Shown: piece after piece, positions 12,501 to 25,410 of the stretch
How the letters are laid out: every line of letters starts with the position of its first letter
How positions within the stretch are numbered: position 1 is the stretch's first letter
From: Moniliella sp. 'wahieum'
Lineage: Eukaryota
DNA: 64,000 nt
NCBI GenBank assembly: GCA_003971905.1
Contig: RSEE01000013.1
Span: 124,001 to 188,000, forward strand
Direction of reading: 5' to 3'
The notes under the pieces: generated by a model
Seen by the model: only the letters and a program-made list of their open reading frames with translations
What the model was told of the DNA's origin: nothing
Database searches by the model: none
Translations under genes and position numbers: made by a program

Positions 12501-14644
12501 TTGAACCTTTCAAACATCTCATGAGCTTGACTGGGCCAAGGAGATCGGAGTACTTGGTTGCAATCTGCACCACGACCGCCAATTCTGGCGAATGTTGACC
12601 TTGAGCATCTCCTCCATACACTCGAAGCTCTGCTCAACTGTGAGACGACCAAAGTATTCGACAAGCCACTCCATGTTGATCTGAGGCGTTTGCACCACAA
12701 CCCGCTTAATATCACGTATGTCATCATAATGTTCAAGCGCGCGCTGAAGCAGACCTGCTTTCTCAGCCAGGTTGGCAATGCGAGGTCCATCGTAGTGGGT
12801 GAACATGTTGTTGCCCAAGATAGCGTCCAACCTGAGGCGCGTTAACTAGGTTCATCTCTAGAAGACGGGTCTGAAGGCGTCCTTGTTCGGGCTTGTTTTC
12901 CTTGAGCACATCAAGAAGGAATGAGGTTGCTTGCTGATCATGTTTTGGCCATGAAGATATCGGTCACCCGCTCCACATCGACCAAGGGGCCAGTCTCATC
13001 CTGCACCAGTCGAGGCAAACTCGGCCCCCTTTTCGGGATCACGACGAACAATGTGCTGAAGAAGCGTAGCATAGTCGGGCGTGTATCCCACTTTGCGCGA
13101 ATATAGAACAATCTTGTCCACTTGACCCAACTCGGCCATGGAGGCAACAACCTTGTTGGGTACGTTGGCCCGCAGGTAAATGCTCAGGCCAAGCTCATAT
13201 CGGCAGGACGAGCGATGTCACCCAGTTCTTCTGAACACTCAACTTTGTTCTCCTTGAGCCACTTCTCCAGCAGATGCTTGCGGCCCTGCTGAAGCACGGG
13301 ATGGGCGAGTTCAAGTGACTCGAACTTGTTCAGACTGCCACGCTCAAGGAGGATGCCAAAGTATAGGAGGATGGGGCTTAGGGTTCCGTGCTGGGTTGGG
13401 ACCTGCTTGAACCTGGCAATCGTTTCGGGTGTGCGAAGAATGCCACGCGGGCTGTTGGCTGCAGTTTTGGCGGCCTCCCCGAATTGGCCGGAGGCGCACA
13501 AATTGTTAAACTGCTGAAGGTAGAGGTCATCTGCTCCAGGGAGGTTGCCCGAGAGGTCAACTTGAATGCGAGCTGGGTATTGTTGAGCATGTTGAGCGTG
13601 TAAGGCACCAGCGTGTTCTCGTCAACCGCGACCGACAACACCTGACCTTGCGATTGACGGCAATTATACCGCTCATCGACTCGTATGGCGTCGAGTGAAG
13701 ATAGTCTCACCAGAGATGCGGTTCATGTAGATGCAGGTGCCTGTTTCGAGGTCGTAGAGGTGTACAAAGCCGTACTTGGTGATCAAGTAGATGATCCCAA
13801 ACCGCTTGCTGATCTGCATGGTTACAGGAAGTCATTGGCCGCCTCGGGGGAAAGAAGACATCGACGGCCCTCTTAGAGAAAGCAGGCTGGCCTTGCTTGT
13901 GGTCGATCTCCACAATATGGAGACGGGCACCCGTGGCAGTTCGAACCGAAAAGGTGAAGAGCTTGTAGGGTGTAGAAGCACATCCGTCGTAAGCTCGGCA
14001 AAGGCGACAGCGTGGCCCTCGATCGGCTGAGAACGTTGAGGCGCTTGTTGTAAGCTGGATGCTACCCTTGATCTTGAAGCCGCCAGGAACGGTGTTGCCT
14101 GAGATCCCAACGAGAGCCATCCATTCGCCATCGGGCGTAGCACGGTAATTGATGATCTGGGAGCCCACGAGTGAGGAATGGCGGTCGAAGACCTTGGTCG
14201 GGTCACCTCAATGTCCATGGGCCAATGGTACACAGCGTGGGCGGTAATGAGGCCGAGGTGGACTCGTTATCCAGATCCAGTACACCACGTCTTCGTTCAT
14301 GGTATGACTCTTGACCTTGGTCTTGGCCTCAAGGCTAAATATCTGAAGCTGACGGCCAGCCTTGAGCGAGGACGCGCTGGGTAGGGTGCATGATGGCTGA
14401 GTCGGCTGAGATGGGTCGGCGGAGGCTGCGAAGCAACAGGAAGGAGATTAGCTCGTGAAGGGGAAGAAAGGAGCTACGCACACATTGCTCACGTTGTTGA
14501 GGTCCACAATGACGACGTGACCATCTTCGCGGACACATACATAATTCTCGACTCGAGGTGACCGAGCAAATGAGATGGCTGTGGGCGGGATACCCAGGCT
14601 GGTGAGCCGAACGTGCTCCGAAAGACGATGGGCTTGTCGGCCAT
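9591..14644 (-). CDS. CHC1: Clathrin heavy chain (heavily frameshifted in assembly)
   Basis: Starts [17 protein letters not shown]. Hallmarks: [106 protein letters not shown]. One intron near the 5' end; about 5 kb. Confidence 0.97.
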
Positions 14645-15165
14645 GGAGCGGGGGGGCGGGGGTTATAAGAGAGCAAGGGGTGGGGGGGGGGGGTGGGGGT
14701 GGGGTGGACGCGGGACGGGGGACGGAGGTAACAGAAAGCGCTGCTGGTGGTGGCTCCCTCATCGATTATCTGCCTCTGGGGCGTTTATTAGCCCTCCTGG
14801 CTCAGCTCCGCACCTCGGCCCAGGCGCCCCATCGGCGTAGCAGCACTGCTCCCGTGCCTGCCCTGCGCCACACGCCTCCCCGACAGGGTTGCTCCCCTGC
14901 TGCCTTTTCCATGTCGCTCCCAATACCGTTGTCTCCTTCCTGATACCCACCGCCAGGCCAATCCGTCACCGTGGTCATTGACCGATCATCAAGACTATCA
15001 TGACAGGACAGCTCGCATACCTCACCCCGCTGGCGTAGACACCGGTGAAGCAGCACCCCAGGTCTCCCTATCCTTCCTGATGATTCGGTTGCCCCATCGC
15101 CAGGACAACCCCCGTATTTTGCATCCATTATCGGCACAGCTCTGCCTCTCCCCCCCCATGAGCAT

Positions 15166-16909
15166 TCAGCGTGCACTGCCCCCAGCATGTCTAGCAGCTG
15201 GTCCCACTTGTGCACCGACTCGGCATAGAGCTGCACCTTACCCTGGGCCAGTCGCCCAGCACCTGCTGCAACTCGGCGCGCTTCGCATACTCAAACAGCA
15301 GCCACTCTGTCAGCACCTGCTGCGAGAACGCATGCAGCACCTCGTGGCTGTTGACCACGGCGTCCTGCAACTCCTTGATGCGCCCGTCCAGACGCTGCAT
15401 TCGCTGCACCCGCGTCCGCTCCTCGTCCACGCCTCGCCAGGCGTCCAGCTGGTCCCGCAGGTACCCTGTAATGCCAGCACCACGGACACCCCCATGTCCC
15501 ATGCCCAGCCCACGCGGCGATGCAAGCGATGCGAGACGGTCCCGTTCCGTCACTACCGCCGAGAGGTAATCAGTCAGTTCTTCAAAGTCCACTTGTTTGC
15601 CCTCGCGGGTACGCAGCAGGTGTTTAAACGCTTGTCCATATGCCGATAGCGCCTGCAACATTGCCAGTGTCTCGTCGTTTGACCTGCCGAATCAATTCGC
15701 TCGAGACGGCAAACTCCAGGACCGCACCGGCAAATCGACGCAGCACAACGGCCATGCCCGTCTCCAGTTCGCCAAGGGTATCCATTGACGATGCAAGTTC
15801 TTCGTAGTCAATCGCCAAATCTGCGCCACAAAGAGTGAGATTAGTCCATCGGCCATGCAAGTTGTTTTTTTTTACAAGGATCGTTGCATCCACGATTACA
15901 TACCTGCTGATCGGTTCCGTCCTCGGATCACAGCGCGCTCGATCGCGTTCATACCTTCCTCGAATCGGTCCATCTCGCTGCCGAGAGCAGAAAATCGATC
16001 GTCGGGCTTCTTGACCTTAGTGAACACATTGACAAGAGCATCTGACCAATTATCTAGCAACCCGGGAGCTCGGTTGGCATCTCCTGTTGCCGCCAGGTTC
16101 GCCGCCTGGTTGGAGGCAGATATGTGGGCATGCATGTCTACCGCCTAGGTAAGTAGTACAGTAGTCAAGGTCAGTCTGGGACAAGAGCATTGTAGCAGAG
16201 CAAACGTACCCATTCGGTAGATTCAAGAAATGAGCGCAACATGGCATTCGCATCAGTGTAGGATGACGACATACCCGTTCAAGGAAGATCTGCAGGTCTT
16301 GGCATCGGCGCTCAATAAAATCGGGGCTGAAACGATCGCCTGTCACGTACTCTAGTCGATGTTTCTCCGGCAATGGGGGTACAAGGCAAGCGGGTGCTTC
16401 TCGTTGCAGCGCATCGTGAAGGAACTCGAAATCCCGGTACCTCCTCCGTGTCATGCCACGAGCACGATTGAATGGGGCAGGTTTGTCTCGGTCCGGATGC
16501 CGTACGACACATGTACGTCTTTGCCCTGGTTGCCACTCGTCATACCTCCATTTGCAGCTGCAGCCGCAACAGAATACTCGTCCACAACGGTAGTGGATGA
16601 TGCAGCTGTAACAGGGCCGATCGCACCTTCCTTCTGAGGATCGTACACTTGAACCATCAAGTACCTTGCCATTTGGGGTGGAATGTGTTCACCGGCCAAT
16701 GCCGGGCTAGCACCCAGGCAAGCGGGTCCAGCCTTTCTGGTCCATTTTCAGCCTCATGGTTTGTGCGATGGGATGGGGAAGTGCAGGTACGCGGGGAGTA
16801 TCTGGAGGGCCACCGCGTCGCTCAGAGTGGCAGACTGGATCGGATCGCTGGGAGCGTCAGCGTCGTCCTCCCACCGGACTGAAGTGAACTGGTCGTTCAA
16901 ATCGGCCAT
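15166..16909 (-). CDS. SNX4: Sorting nexin-4 / Atg24 (PX-BAR)
   Basis: MADLNDQFTSVRWE start; PX domain HVSYGIRTETNL..RRRYRDFEFLHDAL..VPPLPEKHRLEYVTGDRFSPDFIERR..FLERVCRHPTL; BAR region KQVDFEELTDYL, DEERTRVQRMQRLDGRIKEL. Intron near 16150-16210; 3' end approximate. Confidence 0.9.
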
Positions 16910-17636
16910 GGCAGAAGTGGGGAGAGTGGGGCTGTAAAACAAGGGTGGAAATGAGCAACGGCGACGAGAGAGACGGTGAGGGCAGACTGGAATATGCCAC
17001 AGAGTCGAGAGGAAGCGATAGATGGTAGTAGCGAATTGCCACGAGGCCCAGGTAGCCCAAGCGTTCCTGCGCCCAAGCCAGATCCGACTATCTAAAAGCC
17101 GGTTGCGGCCCAGCCAGCCCCTGACGTAATGTGAAACTATTTCAACATTGCATGTGGCACTGGCCGAATGGGCCGCACGTGCGTGAAGCAAGTGCGATAT
17201 ACGATAGCCGACCGGTGATCAGTCACGCAAATTTCTATTCAACGTTCAACGGCTCGTTGGATTGGTGCGCCAGACGTGGTGCACAAGTGCTTTGCTACCA
17301 GCACTTCATTGCTTCGTGTCCACGATACCACAACCCATCAATCCTCATCCTTCGGCGTCTTCAGTCCCATAATGAAGGCAGTACTTACCTCTCATACTTA
17401 TCTACACCAGCTCACGACACTTTCTTGGGTATCGCAATACCAAAGACCAAGCCACCACCTAGGTAGAATCTATATGACTGAAGCGAGCAAAAACAAACCG
17501 GATGAGAGAGGAACAGCGCAGCGTCCATTAATCAGCGGAGCCCTCGAGGCCAGTCTGAAGGGAAGCCAAGAGCGCCATGACCGCCCACGGCTGCACACTT
17601 CCCCTAGAGGCCAATGGTAGGAAACGGGCATGCCAT

Positions 17637-19345
17637 TTACTCAGAAGGACGATCCACGGTATCGACGACCCAATTCAACAAGATCTTGAGGGTTAAAGGA
17701 CATAGCGACAAGCACGAGTCCAAGTCTGGTCGCTCTCAGTACCACCAGCCAATCCATTGCGACCCAACAGTGCGGTAGGAAGACGCAACGACGTCTCGCC
17801 AATTTTATCGCGATTGATTTGGTGGGGGAATCGAACGTCCGGGTCGGTCTTAGATGCATAATTCATCAGTTGTCGTAGCACTCTAGAAATGCTTCCATCC
17901 CCTTGTCGTACCGCTTGGCCGTCTTACCCCACAGTAACTCGACTGACCACGAGTTAAGATAGTAGAGTTCATATTGCTCGGCATCTTTCTCTTTTGTTGC
18001 ATTCCGCTCGATAGCCGAGAAAGAGCCCTTGGGGTGAAGAGTGTACCTTGCAACCACCTGTCGTCAGCCACCTGACAAATCTCAGAGAAGGAAGAGAGAC
18101 ATACCCAGCAAACGTGACATCACATTTCATCGCCAGTGTGTCCAACAGTAGCACCGTTTGCCCCAGGCAGCATTGATCTCGTCCCATTCAACAGTCTTGT
18201 CCTTCTCGTGCGCCCCTGGAAGGGTGCCTTTTCCGAGCCGAAGGCCGTTGATCGTCATATACCCATGATCGTGACCAATCGAAATAATCGTGCAACACAT
18301 TGCTAGCTTGGAGTCGTTGTAGCAGAGCAGTATCCAACGCAATGGTCTGTTTGAGTTGCGCACTCTCAGCTTTGAGAGAAGCCAAAGCGGAGGTTGATGT
18401 GGTGAAGGCAGTCCAAAACCTACATTGAGACGACAGTCAGTTTTTCCGGAGAGAGGGGAAAGGGGGAAAAGGAAGAAAAGACGTACATCTTCTCTTGTGT
18501 TAACTGTGCATCTTGCTCATCCAGGTCGCGCAGTTCGGCCCCAGGGCCTGCTTTTCGCGTTCGGACTGAACCAACTCATCATGTGCTTGCTTTTCTTGGG
18601 ACAAAAGGCCAGAGAGCAAGGTAGGGGTATGAGGGGGGGATCTGGGTTATATGCTGGTGGTCTGTTCGAGACGAAGTTTGCTCGGCAGAAGTGAGAACGG
18701 AGGCGACATGGCCCAGTGCTCGCGTACGGTACGAAGCGAACTGAGCTCACTTCCATGAGGCCAAGCATGTCGTTGGTACATTGGCTGCACAGGGGTGGTG
18801 AATCGTACCCTCGCTTCCCCTCACGTCGCCCGAAGCGGAAGAATGGGAACTGGATCGGGAGCTGATCGGGCAGGAGGTTATGGGCATTGAGCAAGTCCAT
18901 CAACGCGTGCGCACAAGAACCCTGTTATTCGAATGGGATTATCACCGCTGGAAGCATCCATCGTTTGGGGTGCTGAGCGATCCGCGTCGACTGAGTGACC
19001 GGCAGCGGAAGCCAAGTCAGCGGGAGGCATGCCAGGGATGCCACCGGCGGGATGAGTCGTAGGTGGAAAGTCCCAGGAGGCCTGTGATACCGGTAGAGGC
19101 CAACACATTGCTGGGATCGAGCATGCTGCTGTCCGACATATCGTCGAAGCCATGTGCAGGCTGCAGGGCTTGGCGAGTGAGGCAGAGAGGGTAAGGTGGG
19201 CCTTACAGCGGGAACACGTGTCATCTGCATCGCCGGCGGCATCCCACTCGGCGCGCCTCCGCGGGTCGCCTTTCCGAACACGTGTGCTAGTGTTGATGGC
19301 AGCTGGGGGAGATGTTGTGCCTGCCCGGCCCAGAGGAGGTGGCAT
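17637..19345 (-). CDS. ATG6: Beclin-1 / Atg6 / Vps30
   Basis: N-terminal CSRCK..L.LS.SL; DSPPLCSQCT; BARA domain TINGLRLG..VEWDEINAAWGQTVLLLDTLA, YDKGMEAFLEC, FPHQINRDKIG, WTRACRYVL. At least two introns (donors near 18105 and 18486). Confidence 0.92.
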
Positions 19346-20022
19346 GGTGTGGTGGTGGGATGGCTGTCACGTATTCCTCTACCTCCGCCTCAGGCTGATG
19401 CCTCTATCGTCTAGCCCTCTCCGTATCGCATCAGCGCCACTTTAACGAGCGGGCGGAATCGCATCTATAATTCCGCTCGCCACTCTTTTGCGCGCCGGGC
19501 TCGACCATAACACAGGACTGCAGGTCAAACTGCGCCGGAAGGCATAACCACGGCGCCCAGCTGCGCCCACCGCACACCACACACCTTCCAGGCCAGGCAC
19601 ACCCTGCGACCACCATCAACGTCACAAGGGCTGAGCGCGCTGACCCCGCCTAACCACAACCTTCCAATCCATCCGGCCATGCAAAGGCGCGAGCATGGAA
19701 CAAAAACATATACCACCTCTCTCTCTCCGCCCAGTGTCCGCCGGGCCGTACCTAGCCTACTGATAGTCGGCACACTGCCACTCCACACTAGCTGTAGCAC
19801 TGCCGCCGGTCTTTACAAATGGGGTCACATGAATGGCAAGAGGCGCCAATTTTTGAGCAGGCCAAAACCATCGGCATGAGCAGGCTCGATCGCCCCCCCT
19901 CCAGTATAGGCAGGGTGAAGGCGTCTCCCCGTGCAGCAGGAATATGCAGTAGGGCATCGTCCCAACCTGAGGCACAGGGAGAGGCACAGTACCCCCGCAA
20001 GGGGTAGTGAGATGAGCGCCCC

Positions 20023-20332
20023 TTACATCTTGCGGCGGAAGGAGCAGCCCTCGGTCAGACGGGCCTTGCCACCAGTGGGCGTGGCCAGGACCTGGGTGCA
20101 AGAGCCGCAGACAACAACCGTCTGGGCGTGAGAGAAGACGGTGGTCAGGCAAAGCACCCAGGGCACTTGATGTCCTGGAAGTACGAGCGAGGCTGCTGGA
20201 CGAGCAGCTTCAGCTTGTGGGTACGGGCCTGCTGCTCGGCGCTGGGGTTGAGGAGGTCGACGGCCAGAGTCTGTGGAGTCGAGCGTTAGTGCGACTGGCG
20301 CAGGGTGCGTGCGGAGGAGCCAAACGTACCAT
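20023..20332 (-). CDS. RPS27: 40S ribosomal protein S27 (eS27)
   Basis: ATG-only first exon, intron 20271-20329, then [73 protein letters not shown] at 20023-20025. Confidence 0.96.
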
Positions 20333-20414
20333 CTTGGGCAGCTAGGCGAGAGTGGGCGTGGTGGGGGTCGATGCGGCTGGGTGGCACCGGGGCTAGTGCG
20401 GTTGGCCTGGAAAG

Positions 20415-20558
20415 TAGGGTTGCTGCGACGAGGCTTGGAGGGTTGAGCACAGCACGTCAGAATTTAGTGCAGCACTGGCAGTGTAGAAAATCTTTATTAC
20501 GCCTCCAGGACAAAACGAGCGGCATGAGACCAGCGGTGCCGCAGCCGCGCTAACCCTA
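20415..20558. promoter_or_regulatory. Bidirectional RPS27/RPL19 promoter with TAGGGTT/AACCCTA motifs
   Basis: TAGGGTT 20415-20421, GAGGGTT 20438-20444 and AACCCTA 20552-20558 lie in the about 315 bp between the head-to-head ribosomal protein genes. The same heptamer occurs twice upstream of RPP1. Confidence 0.6.
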
Positions 20559-20648
20559 TCGCACCGCCTGGGCAATCGGGCCCGCCAGAGCAGGACGCTC
20601 ACAGCGTGGTTCAGCGACACCTCCCCACACCAGCAAGAGTCTTTCCCA

Positions 20649-21236
20649 ATGGCTGGCAGCAACCTTCGGATCCAAAAGCGCCTTGCGGCCAGCGTGCTGG
20701 GCGTCGGCAAGCGCAAGGTCTGGCTCGACCCGGCCGAGCAGAGCGAAATTGCGAACGCCAACAGCCGTGCCAACATCCGCAAGCTTGTTGCCGAGGGCCA
20801 GATCCTCAAGCAGCCCGATGGGCCAGTCCAAGGGCCGTGCCCGTGCTCTGCACGCTGCCAAGCGTCTTGGTCGCCACACTGGCCACGGTAAGCGCTTGGT
20901 ACTGCCGAGGCTCGCATGCCCACCAAGATCCTTTGGATGCGGCGTCAGCGTGTCCTCCGCCGCCTGCTGCGCAAGTACCGTGAGGCTGGCAAGATTGACA
21001 AGCACCTCTACCACGAGCTCTACCTCAAGAGCAAGGGTAACGTTTTCAAGAACAAGCGTGTGCTGATTGAGCACATCCACAAGGCCAAGGCCGAGAAGGC
21101 CCGTTCCAAGCACCTGGCGGACCAGATGGAGGCCCGTCGTGCCCGCAACAAGGCTATGCGCGAGCGGAGGGCGCAGCGCATTGCCGAGAAGCGTGCCGCG
21201 ATCATTGCTGTCGAGCAAGAGGAGAACCAGAACTAG
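20649..21236 (+). CDS. RPL19: 60S ribosomal protein L19 (eL19), intronless
   Basis: [92 protein letters not shown]; indels near 20820 and 20900. Confidence 0.97.
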
Positions 21237-21629
21237 ATTTTTCATCCAACTTTGGTGTCGCTTTCGCTGGGTACGACAGCTTTGGTGGCCAAGCCGATTG
21301 TCGAGATTTACTCTCGCCTCTCGTCCTCGTCGTTGTGCTACTGTGCCTGGCGGCTCTAGACGCTGTTATGCCTCATGCCTACCTTTCTCGGGAGGATGCG
21401 CGGCTTATATGGATCACTCCATGCATCCCGTTTCCCTCAAAAAAGCCTGGGTTTCTCTCTGGGAGGAAGCCAGGGTGGAATGCCATCACTCCAGCACCCA
21501 TGTCACTTTGTGTGCCCAGGTAGCATCTGTGGTTTTTATAGCTGTAACATGTAACACGACAGGCGACTTGTGCGTATGAAGCTTGAGCAGGGTCATAGTA
21601 ATTACCGGAGAAGATGCACCCACCGCAGC

Positions 21630-22675
21630 CTAGTAATCCCGTTTTGTGCTGGTGCCGTCGGTCCAGTCAATCTCAAAGTCTTGAAGGACAGACTTGTGCA
21701 CCTCCTGCCTAGCCTGAGCCAATCGCTCTTGTGCCAACTTAACTGGGTCCGACATGGCCAGTTCGCCTCAACAGCAGCTTGGCGCCGCTGTGCACAAGAT
21801 TGGCACGAGCTGCTAACTCGGGATCCAAGTTGGCCTTGAGTTCGTCCGAGAGACCAACCACATGCTCCGTAGACTGAAGGCGCCGCATACGATGGTGGCG
21901 GGGCAGGTGATGTGCGTGAGGGAGCATGTCCACCCTTGACGGGCGAGCCAGCGGCGCTGGCCGCTCCGATAGCTGTAGTGTTGCTTGCCCCAACCTTGAC
22001 CACCTCGGGGGCTACCCCGCTATCGGGGACACCTTCGGCGGTCACTTCCGATGTTGGCACCCGCTGCAACAATGCGACGTCGGCCACGCTTAGGCGCGTC
22101 TGTCGCGGCAGGAGCAGGAGCGGGGGTGGTAGGAACAGCGAGTTTCTGGGCTTGCTCAGCTTCGATTGCAGCGGCATGGGCAGCATCACGCGCCTCGGTC
22201 TCGGCTTGCAATTCCATGGCACGTTTGAGTTCCAATACGCGTGCATTGTGCCGCGTAATGCGGATCCGCTCCACGTCTTTTCTAAGTTCCTGATAAGGAT
22301 GTAGAAAGGCGAGAAGACAAAAGTCAGCCAAACGACGGCGGTTGAGAATCGTTACGATCCACGTACCTCGAGTGTCGGGGCATCCTTGCGTGTGTGGCGC
22401 AGCCATAATACCCATTGAACGGGGATCAACTTTTCATCGCGCATCGCATGGTCGTGGTACGTGCCAGCCCGGTTGTATTCCACAAACCGGCGGGTGGCCC
22501 AGGAGCGCGAGTCGCCTAGTTGGCCCGGCAGCTCGTAGTACCTATTGTTGGCCAGGTCCGAGCCCATGAACCGCGCACCACGAGCTTCCTTGGCCAGTGC
22601 ACCGCCGCGTGCAAAGGTCGACAATCCGAGGAGTCTCCGAAGGTGGCCGATGAGGCCCAGCTTCGGCTGCGACAT
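21630..22675 (-). CDS. NDUFA12 / NDUFAF2 (mimitin)-family complex I protein, probably the assembly-factor type
   Basis: FMGSDLANNRYYE..RRFVEY..IPVQWVLWLRHTRKDAPTLE|ELRKDVERI; intron 22290-22366; long low-complexity C-terminus, end approximate. Confidence 0.8.
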
Positions 22676-22977
22676 GGCGTCGCCGTCAACGGGTGGGTGT
22701 GGCGAAACGGCGCTGTGGGCTGCAAGAAGGCGGCAGCACGAGGCTGGTGGCTATATGGGTACTGATGGCGACGACGTACGCAGCATTTGCACCGAGGTTT
22801 GCAACAATGCAATTGAGGCGCGTGCACCCAATTCGCGTCGCGCACGCGTACCCGCCTCGGCGTGTCGGATCGTGTCCTCTGGTTGGGGTTGCGGCATTGG
22901 CTAGAAAAAGGGGTTGACGGGTCCGGGCACACCTTCCTCTTCTCTTCACCAACCGCTCCTACTAGTGCCTATTCGCA

Positions 22978-23658
22978 ATGCCCGCTCTTGCCACCATTTC
23001 CTCGCCATCCAAGCCCGCCGATGCGAGTTCGGAACCGCCCCAGAAGGTGACGGGTGGCGGAGCCGCTGGGCACGCTGCAGGTCCAGCTTGACCCGGCTCA
23101 CCCGAACGCCAAGCTGCCAACCGAGGCAGTGCTCTGGCGCTGGTCTCGACCTCTATGCTTCGGACAAGACGGTCATTGCTCCCTGGTCCCGTGCCGTGGT
23201 GCCAAGGCATCCGCATTGCCATTCCGGCCGGCTGCTACGGCCGTGTTGCACCGCGTTCGGGCCTGGCCGTCAAGCATGGCATCGACACTGGTGCCGGGGT
23301 GATCGATGCCGACTACCGCGGTCTGGTGGGCGTCGTGCTTTTCAACCTGAGTCCCGACGCGTTTGAGAGTACGTATCCTGCCACCACTCCCTGTTGTGCG
23401 CATCAAGCGGCCTACTAACATCGCATCGCATCTCATCGCCAGTCAATGTCGGTGACCGGATCGCCCAACTGGTTTTGGAGCGGATCCACTTGGCTGAGGT
23501 GACGCAGGTTGAGGTAAGTCTCGCCTGATGCAAAACACACATACGGAAACTGACTTTTCTTTCTTTCTTTCTTTCTTTCTGCGTCACGTTTAGTCTCTCG
23601 ACGAGACGGTTCGGGCGCTGGCGGGTTTGGTTCGACAGGTGGCTTCAACGGCAAGTAA
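22978..23658 (+). CDS. DUT1: dUTP pyrophosphatase
   Basis: [58 protein letters not shown] (the five dUTPase motifs); two introns at about 23369-23441 and 23513-23593. Confidence 0.96.
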
Positions 23659-23774
23659 GAGCCTTCTTGGTCGATTCTTCTTGAACAATAATGGTACCTC
23701 GCTAATTCTACATAGCTGCTGATGTTGAGGATGCATTTGAATTGGGGACTGGGCCGTGGAAGGAAAGAACATGC

Positions 23775-25410
23775 TTAGGCGGGGGGATAAAACCCAGCAT
23801 AGAGAACGATGCTGATCAGGTTCCATACTACCAGGTAGCCCACCACCGCCTTGCTCATCCACATCGTGTCGTTGCGCCCACCCTGGGTCAGCATTGTTGC
23901 TAAGGACCACCACAGGGCAACCATGACGGGCGAGGCGAAGCGAAGGGCAATTTGGACATGAGCATCAAGCAACAGAAGCCAGCCGGTGACCCAGAGCAGA
24001 AGAAGGAACGGTACGACTGCAGGGCTAGCCAGCGAACAATGGGACTGCGGTAGGTTGGGAACCGGCGTGACACCTAATACCGACAGGGGGGCCAGTAAGG
24101 TCGATCGAAACATGGACACGGCGCTGCTTCCCGTGGGCGCCGACGACCACCATAGTCGCACGGATTTGTAGATGAGAATGTAGAGCACCGGAGCAGCGAG
24201 GATGAAATTGGGAACTTGGGCCAGCGTCCAGTAGCGCATAAAGCCCACTTCCCAGTAGGTTCGTTGATGTACGAGTAGATACTTTTGGAAGCGAGGTGGG
24301 GAAGCCATTCGAACCATTCCACCTCACTTAAAGGACGACCGCACCACATACCTTGTCGATCGGGACCGCAAAATCGTCCAAAAGCCCAGACTTGGGACAT
24401 AATGAAGGGTGTTACGCATATCCCGGCACCGACAATCCAGCGAGAATCAGGATAAAGTATAGCTGAGGACGGTGGGAAGGGGTATGAAGTGTGGGCCACC
24501 ATATGCTGTACCATAGGAAAAACCCGGAAGAAAGGATGCCATTGGCACGGAACAAAGTCGCCAATGCAAACAAGGGGCGCTAATGAGCAAGATAAGAGCA
24601 TACCTCAGTGCACGAACGGGTGTGCTAGGGACAAATGCAGGCAAATGCAAGTGGCTCAGGCCCCAGAGCCCAGCCAAGGTGAAAAGGCGAAGAAGGGCTC
24701 CGGTGTGGGCGAGATAAGAGTTGCTGGCGAAGGGGACCAGATCGACAAGAGTGCGGTGAGCAAGGCAAAGCGAGGTCGATTCCAAACGTTGTTGGTTATC
24801 CTATCCAGATAAAGGGCCCAAGTCAGTTGCGCTCTGCCCAAAAACAGGGAGTTGGACATACAAAAAAAGCAGCACAGGCGCTAGCGCGCCAGCCAAGGTG
24901 GCGAGTGCAGTCGAGAGAACAAGCGACTGTTCGATCTGCCATGTATCTGGGTCTCCGGGCGTACCCAAGCGTCCCGCCCAGCGTAGGACAGCAGGAATGC
25001 CGGCCTGGAATGCCAGGGTATGCTCGTAGCATACCCCCCTTCCCACCATGGCGGCAGCACCGCAGAGGGCGTCGGGATAGGGCGCGGGGCAGCAGCGCCG
25101 AGGAAATGAAGAGTGTCCCAGCGCACGAGGGAGGTAAGGAGCGGGCGTATAGAGCGTGCAAGGGGCTGCAGTGGTGTGCCGGCAGGACGCACCAACGAGG
25201 GCAGGAGGGTGAGCTGCTCGCCCGAGGTGTCAAAGGAAGCCTGGGCAAGGCTGGCCGTGGGGAGGAGGGCGAGGGCAAAGAGGGGAGGGCGGCGGGGGGG
25301 GCGGTGGGGGGGGGGGGGTGGCGTGGGGCGGGGGCGGTGCGCGCCATGGGGGTGGGGAGGGGCCGCGGGGTTGGTTCGGCGTGGGCTGGGAGCGGTGCGT
25401 GGGCCGCCAT
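23775..25410 (-). CDS. GPI18: GPI mannosyltransferase II (PIG-V/Gpi18)
   Basis: FDTS..LVRWDTLHF..YEHTLAF, SP..ATL.SP.PEPFFA, YWEVGFMRYWTLAQVPNFILAAP, HVQIALRFAS, terminal VLYAGFYPPA*. Start (25410 or about 25347) uncertain. Confidence 0.9.

Noticed and set aside
9591..14644. Clathrin heavy chain as a pseudogene or programmed-frameshift gene
   Set aside because: Protein motifs are highly conserved over the full length and similar indels affect most genes in the window, which fits sequencing error.
20556..21245. 229-aa antisense ORF over RPL19 (and similar long antisense ORFs over PFA4, OTU, PWP1)
   Set aside because: Shadow ORFs expected from high GC and strong codon bias of the sense gene.
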